64,000 bases of DNA. It comes from Macrostomum lignano (lineage: Eukaryota). The notes under the pieces were generated by a model. That model was not told the DNA's origin and did no database searches. It was given only the letters and a program-made list of their open reading frames with translations. Shown piece after piece: positions 59,845 to 64,000 of the stretch. A program made the translations under genes and the position numbers. Numbering within the stretch: the stretch's first letter is position 1; every line of letters starts with the position of its first letter. The DNA lies in NCBI GenBank assembly GCA_002269645.1, contig NIVC01001356.1, positions 243,381-307,380 of the forward strand, given 5' to 3'.

Positions 59845-61378
59845 TCAATCAGCAGAACCAGTTGAAACTCGGTAAAATCTGATGGAGAGGCTTTCTTCCT
59901 GGCACACGGCAAGCAGCTCGGAGTGCCCTTCAACGATGGCCAAGCCATACGGATGGTTTATTTTGTCTTCGCTACTGTCAGCCTCGCCCTCGACTCCGAC
60001 AGTCTGCAGCACAGTGCCGTCACTACGCATCACACGAACCACATGATTAAAACACTCGCTGACGAACACCAGACCCGAGCGATGAGCAGCGACTCCTGCA
60101 GGACTCTGAAGCTTATCAAAACGACTTCGCTTAGTCGGGTAGGTAGAGATCAGCTGACCGCTGTCAATGCACACTTTGTAGAGCTTACCAGGCTTACCAG
60201 CTTCCAATCGGTAATCAGCACCGCATGGTCGATGATCGACATGGATTCGTCAAATATTTGTCCATAAGGCACGCCACGACAGAAACGCAGGTCTGCAGCT
60301 GGCCGTTGTCTTTGTCGATGCACAGCAGCTGCATTTCCGAGCCGCTTTTGTCCAGAGCAATTATCTTGTCAGAGCTGCAGGTCAGCCCCATAAATGTGAC
60401 TGGCCGTCCGAGGCTGCTCGAGTTGATCTCGAGTGACACCTGACCGCTCAGGTCCGACACCTTGACCAGTTTTTGCGAGATGTACAGAGCTTGGCGCTTG
60501 CTGTCACAGCTGAGTCCTGTGATTGGCGTGACCAGTCGAGGTCGACATGAACTTTCAGCCTCACGGATCCGTCAATCGAACACGCGAGAAGTAATCCAGA
60601 TCGGATCCAAAAGTAAAAGCTACGAACAGACACGGCTCGGGAAGCATCTGTGCACCATCGACCGCAGACTCCGCCTTCACCACTTTGCTGCCTGAAGCAT
60701 CAGCGGAGAAGCCCTTCGTGTTGCTGCAGCATGAAACCCAAACAGGCGAACTATCGAGTCTTGGATCTCGCTTGGAACTCACAAATGCTCTGCTTCTCCT
60801 CGCTCAGCGGACCAACACTCTCGCACAGCTTCATCACATCGCTCAGCTGCCTGTGAATCAGCAGCTGCAAGTCTCTCACGCCTCTCCTCACGTCGCCAAT
60901 GTCTCTGCCGGACTTGCTCAAAGCTGTCTCTCTTTTCATCCAAGTCGCCGCACTCCGCACTCACTGCAGCTGAGAGTGAGAGCAATGTCTTCAGGTCAGC
61001 ATTGGCCTCAGCTTCAGTAAGGCCAATCTCATACTCCTGCAGCACTGACAGCTCATTCAGCTTCTGCAGGCTGCTCTCATGTCTCACAGTCAATCGGTTG
61101 AGCACAGATTCCTTGTAGGTGAGCAGCGACTCCACAGCCGACTCGAACAGCTGCTCGACGCTCTGCAGCTCGGCTGCTAGCGCTCGCTGATGAACTCGAA
61201 GGCCGTCTCGCAGACTCTTCAGCGGCTGCAGCTGCTCGAGCGCCTTCTGTGCGAGGTAGCGCACCGCGGCAGCGTCCTGAGCCACGTGTCTCTCGCACAG
61301 GGCTCTGGGAGGCGAACGCCGGTACCGTCGGGCAGCGCTGCAGCCTCTGATGAAGCAGCTCGGGCTCGAGTCAGACAT
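59845..61378 (-). pseudogene. ZnF-coiled-coil-NHL paralog B4 (class B N-terminus), multiple small frameshifts; pseudogene or consensus errors
   Basis: Full-length homology split over ORFs 60779-61378, 60751-60960, 60561-60782, 60448-60633, 60215-60460 and 59845-60207. Confidence 0.75.
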
Positions 61379-62884
61379 TGTGCTTGAAGAATGGCGTTGA
61401 AAATGTGCAAAAAGTTTTCAATATATCGAATGCGCCAGGCTAAAATATTCATTATTGTTTTGATAGAAAATGGATCAGCTGCGGGAGACACTGCATCAGC
61501 ATTGCGCAGGACCAGCTCAGGGACTTTTACAACACCGAAAAAAGATGTCAGCTTAGTCGAACTACCGAGCGGATTCTGTGCCGAATCCCATCGGATTGGC
61601 CACCGAGGTCGCAGAGTCATAGAAAATCCCAGGTCTCAGCCTCAGTAGGTTAATTGGGGAGAACATAAGAAATCTTAAGTATCTGAGAGCTTGAGTTTTT
61701 TTAATTTACCTCATCAAATGATGCCTTCAGCTTAGCTCAGTCTTGAGGGGTTTCGGATCTACTCAGCTGGCACTTGTTGCTCTGTCTGATGCTGATTGCA
61801 TGATCGTGTTTAAAATGAATTTTGTCGAACAGAATCACAACAATAACAGCTCTGCAAACTGATGTATTTGAGGCAACATTGGCTGCTGCTGGTAAAAGTA
61901 CACGCAGTTGTTAGCTAAAGTACACCACTAGTCACAAAAAATCAATAAAACCCAACTGCAAGACAGCAGAAACCGGTACATTAGCTTGGCTGGTAAAGAT
62001 TTGGAAGTTTTAAAATTCAATAAAAGTTATCACAGATGTCATCAGGACTCATAAAAACCTTCAAGATTCGTTTGCTCGTAGTACAGATGAGTAGCAATGC
62101 ATGCAATTGAGCACTGATCAGGCATCAGATTAGCAACAACTCACATGGTGCAGTCAAACACATGAGAATGCTTTGAGTCAAACTGTCTGAGCTGAATTAA
62201 AAAGACGTCAAACAAAGCCTTACGAAGCTGGCAGCCTTGGTTCTTCATCAGAGCAGCGCCTGAACTGCGCTGAGTTCGTCGGCAAATCAGATGATGTTTG
62301 AGCTCGGCCTAACAAATAAAATCACACAGCCAAAATCTAGAGCCAGCATTCATGTCCGGAATGCCACCTGATTTACTCGCTAATTCAACACTCATTCACC
62401 AGGTAGCCAGAAGAACTTAGCTGCCACCAAGTTAAACTCCCAAATGAAACGCCCATTCATATTCAAGCAAAATCTAAATTTAATAATCAAATAATCAAAA
62501 TTTGATTATTTATAATAATTAATAAATCTAAATCTAAATCAGCAACAGCGAACAACTTTGTAACAGCGAAACCATATCAACGCCTAAATGCAAAATCTGC
62601 AACCAAATTTCACCAAGTTTTGGACTGAAATTCTCAAAATTGGTGAAACACATCCATTTAAAAGTCAAAGACGAACTCATTTTCTCTGCTGAAGTCATGG
62701 TTAAGGTAAAAATCCGCTTTGTTATACAAAATTACTGCTGTTACCAGGCACAAATTCTAAAACTATAATGGTCAAGCTTCAATTCATGTGTCAAAACACG
62801 CAGAGCATAAAAATAGTACATTTTGATAAAGCAAAAACATGCAGATGCAGAGCTGAATCGAAAGGTGATTTACAGTCATTTGTG

Positions 62885-64000
62885 TCACGGCAGAACCATT
62901 TGAAACTCGGTAAAATCTGATGGACAGTCCTTCCTGCTGGCACACGGCAAGCAGCTCTGAGTCGCCTTCGACGGTGCCCAAGACACACGGACAGTGCATT
63001 TTGTCTCGGCCTCTGCCAGCCTCGCCCTCGACTCCGACAGTCTGCAGCACAGTGCCGTCACTTTGCATCACACGAACCACATGCCTATTATACTCGCTGA
63101 CGAACACCAGACCTGAGCGATGAGCCACAACTCCTGCAGGACTCAGAAGCTCATCAAGACGACTTCGGCTTGTCGGTAGGTCGAGATCAGCTGACCGCTG
63201 ACGATGCACACTTTGTAGATCTTTTTTAGCTGCCCAATCAGTGATTCAGCACCGCATGGTCGATGACCGACATGGATTCGAGCGATCTGGGGAACTGGGC
63301 ACGCCCACCGACAGAACGAGGTCTGCAGCTGGCCCGCTGTCTTTGTCGATGCACAGCAGCTGCATTTCCGAGCCGCTTTTGTCCAGAGCAATTATCTTGT
63401 CAGAGCTGCAGGTCAGCCCCATAAATCTGACAGGCCGTCCGAGGCTGCTCGAGTTGATCTCGAGTGACACCTGACCGCTCAGGTCCGACACCTTGACCAC
63501 GTTTTTCTGCGAGATGTACAGAGCTTGGCGCTTGCTGTCACAGCTGAGTCCTGTGATTGGCGTGAACCAGTCGAGGTCGACTTGAACTTTCAGCCTCACG
63601 GATCCGTCAATCGAACACGCGAGAAGGTAATCCAGATCGGATCGCAAATCAAAAGCTACGAACAGACACGGCTCGGGAAGCATCTGTGCACCATCGACCG
63701 CAGACTCCGCCTTCACCACTTTGCTGCCTGAAGCATCAGCGGAGAAGCCCTTCGTGTTGCTGCAGCATGAAACCCAAGCAGGCGCACCATCGAGTTCTTG
63801 GATCTCGCTGTGGAACTCACAAATGCTCTGCTTCTCCTCTCTCAGCGGACTAACACTCTCGAACAGCTTCATCACGTCCTCGAACTGCCTGTCGATGCTC
63901 AGCTGCAAGTCTCTCAGAGCTCCGCAAACGTCACCCAGCTTCAGTCGTCCTTGTTCGTCTCCACCAGACACACGTTTTCGAGATCGCTGCACTCCAGCTC
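62885..64000 (-). pseudogene. ZnF-coiled-coil-NHL paralog A5 (class A coiled coil), frameshifted, 5' part beyond the window
   Basis: [22 protein letters not shown] class-A segment plus propeller, split over ORFs 63246-63992 and 62784-63209; a 2-nt loss removes the normal stop. Confidence 0.75.

Noticed and set aside
16520-64000. Reading the array as a prokaryotic defence island or operon
   Set aside because: Spliceosomal introns in the neighbouring gene, SINEs, LTR and PLE retroelements and kb-scale spacers show animal DNA.

Overview
Animal (invertebrate) genomic DNA; the spliceosomal introns, CORE-type SINEs, Penelope/Neptune element and Mag and Gmr1 Gypsy elements fit a flatworm-like genome, but the species is an inference only. 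No rRNA, true tRNA gene or CRISPR array is seen. The first ~11.5 kb is a transposon nest: a long (TCTA)n/(CT)n array holding an intact, young Mag-clade LTR retrotransposon and a 5'-truncated Neptune Penelope-like element with a minimal hammerhead ribozyme. Next is a 4-exon GT10 alpha-1,3-fucosyltransferase gene (12204-14728). From ~16.5 kb to the window end lies a tandem array of at least nine paralogous genes with uninterrupted CDSs, plus two C-terminal fragments. They encode C-x4-C-x15-C-x2-H zinc finger + coiled coil + six-bladed NHL-type beta-propeller proteins (RING-less TRIM-NHL-like). Two N-terminal classes (A and B) alternate as A->B pairs in repeated multi-kb units. Both classes share one pool of propellers whose variation is concentrated in the predicted top-face loops, and 3' ends are exchanged between classes. 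This diversifying array is the best candidate for an undescribed recognition (possibly immune) system. A Gmr1-like, SCAN-bearing LTR element (PR-INT-RT-RH order) and several non-autonomous DNA transposons interrupt the array.
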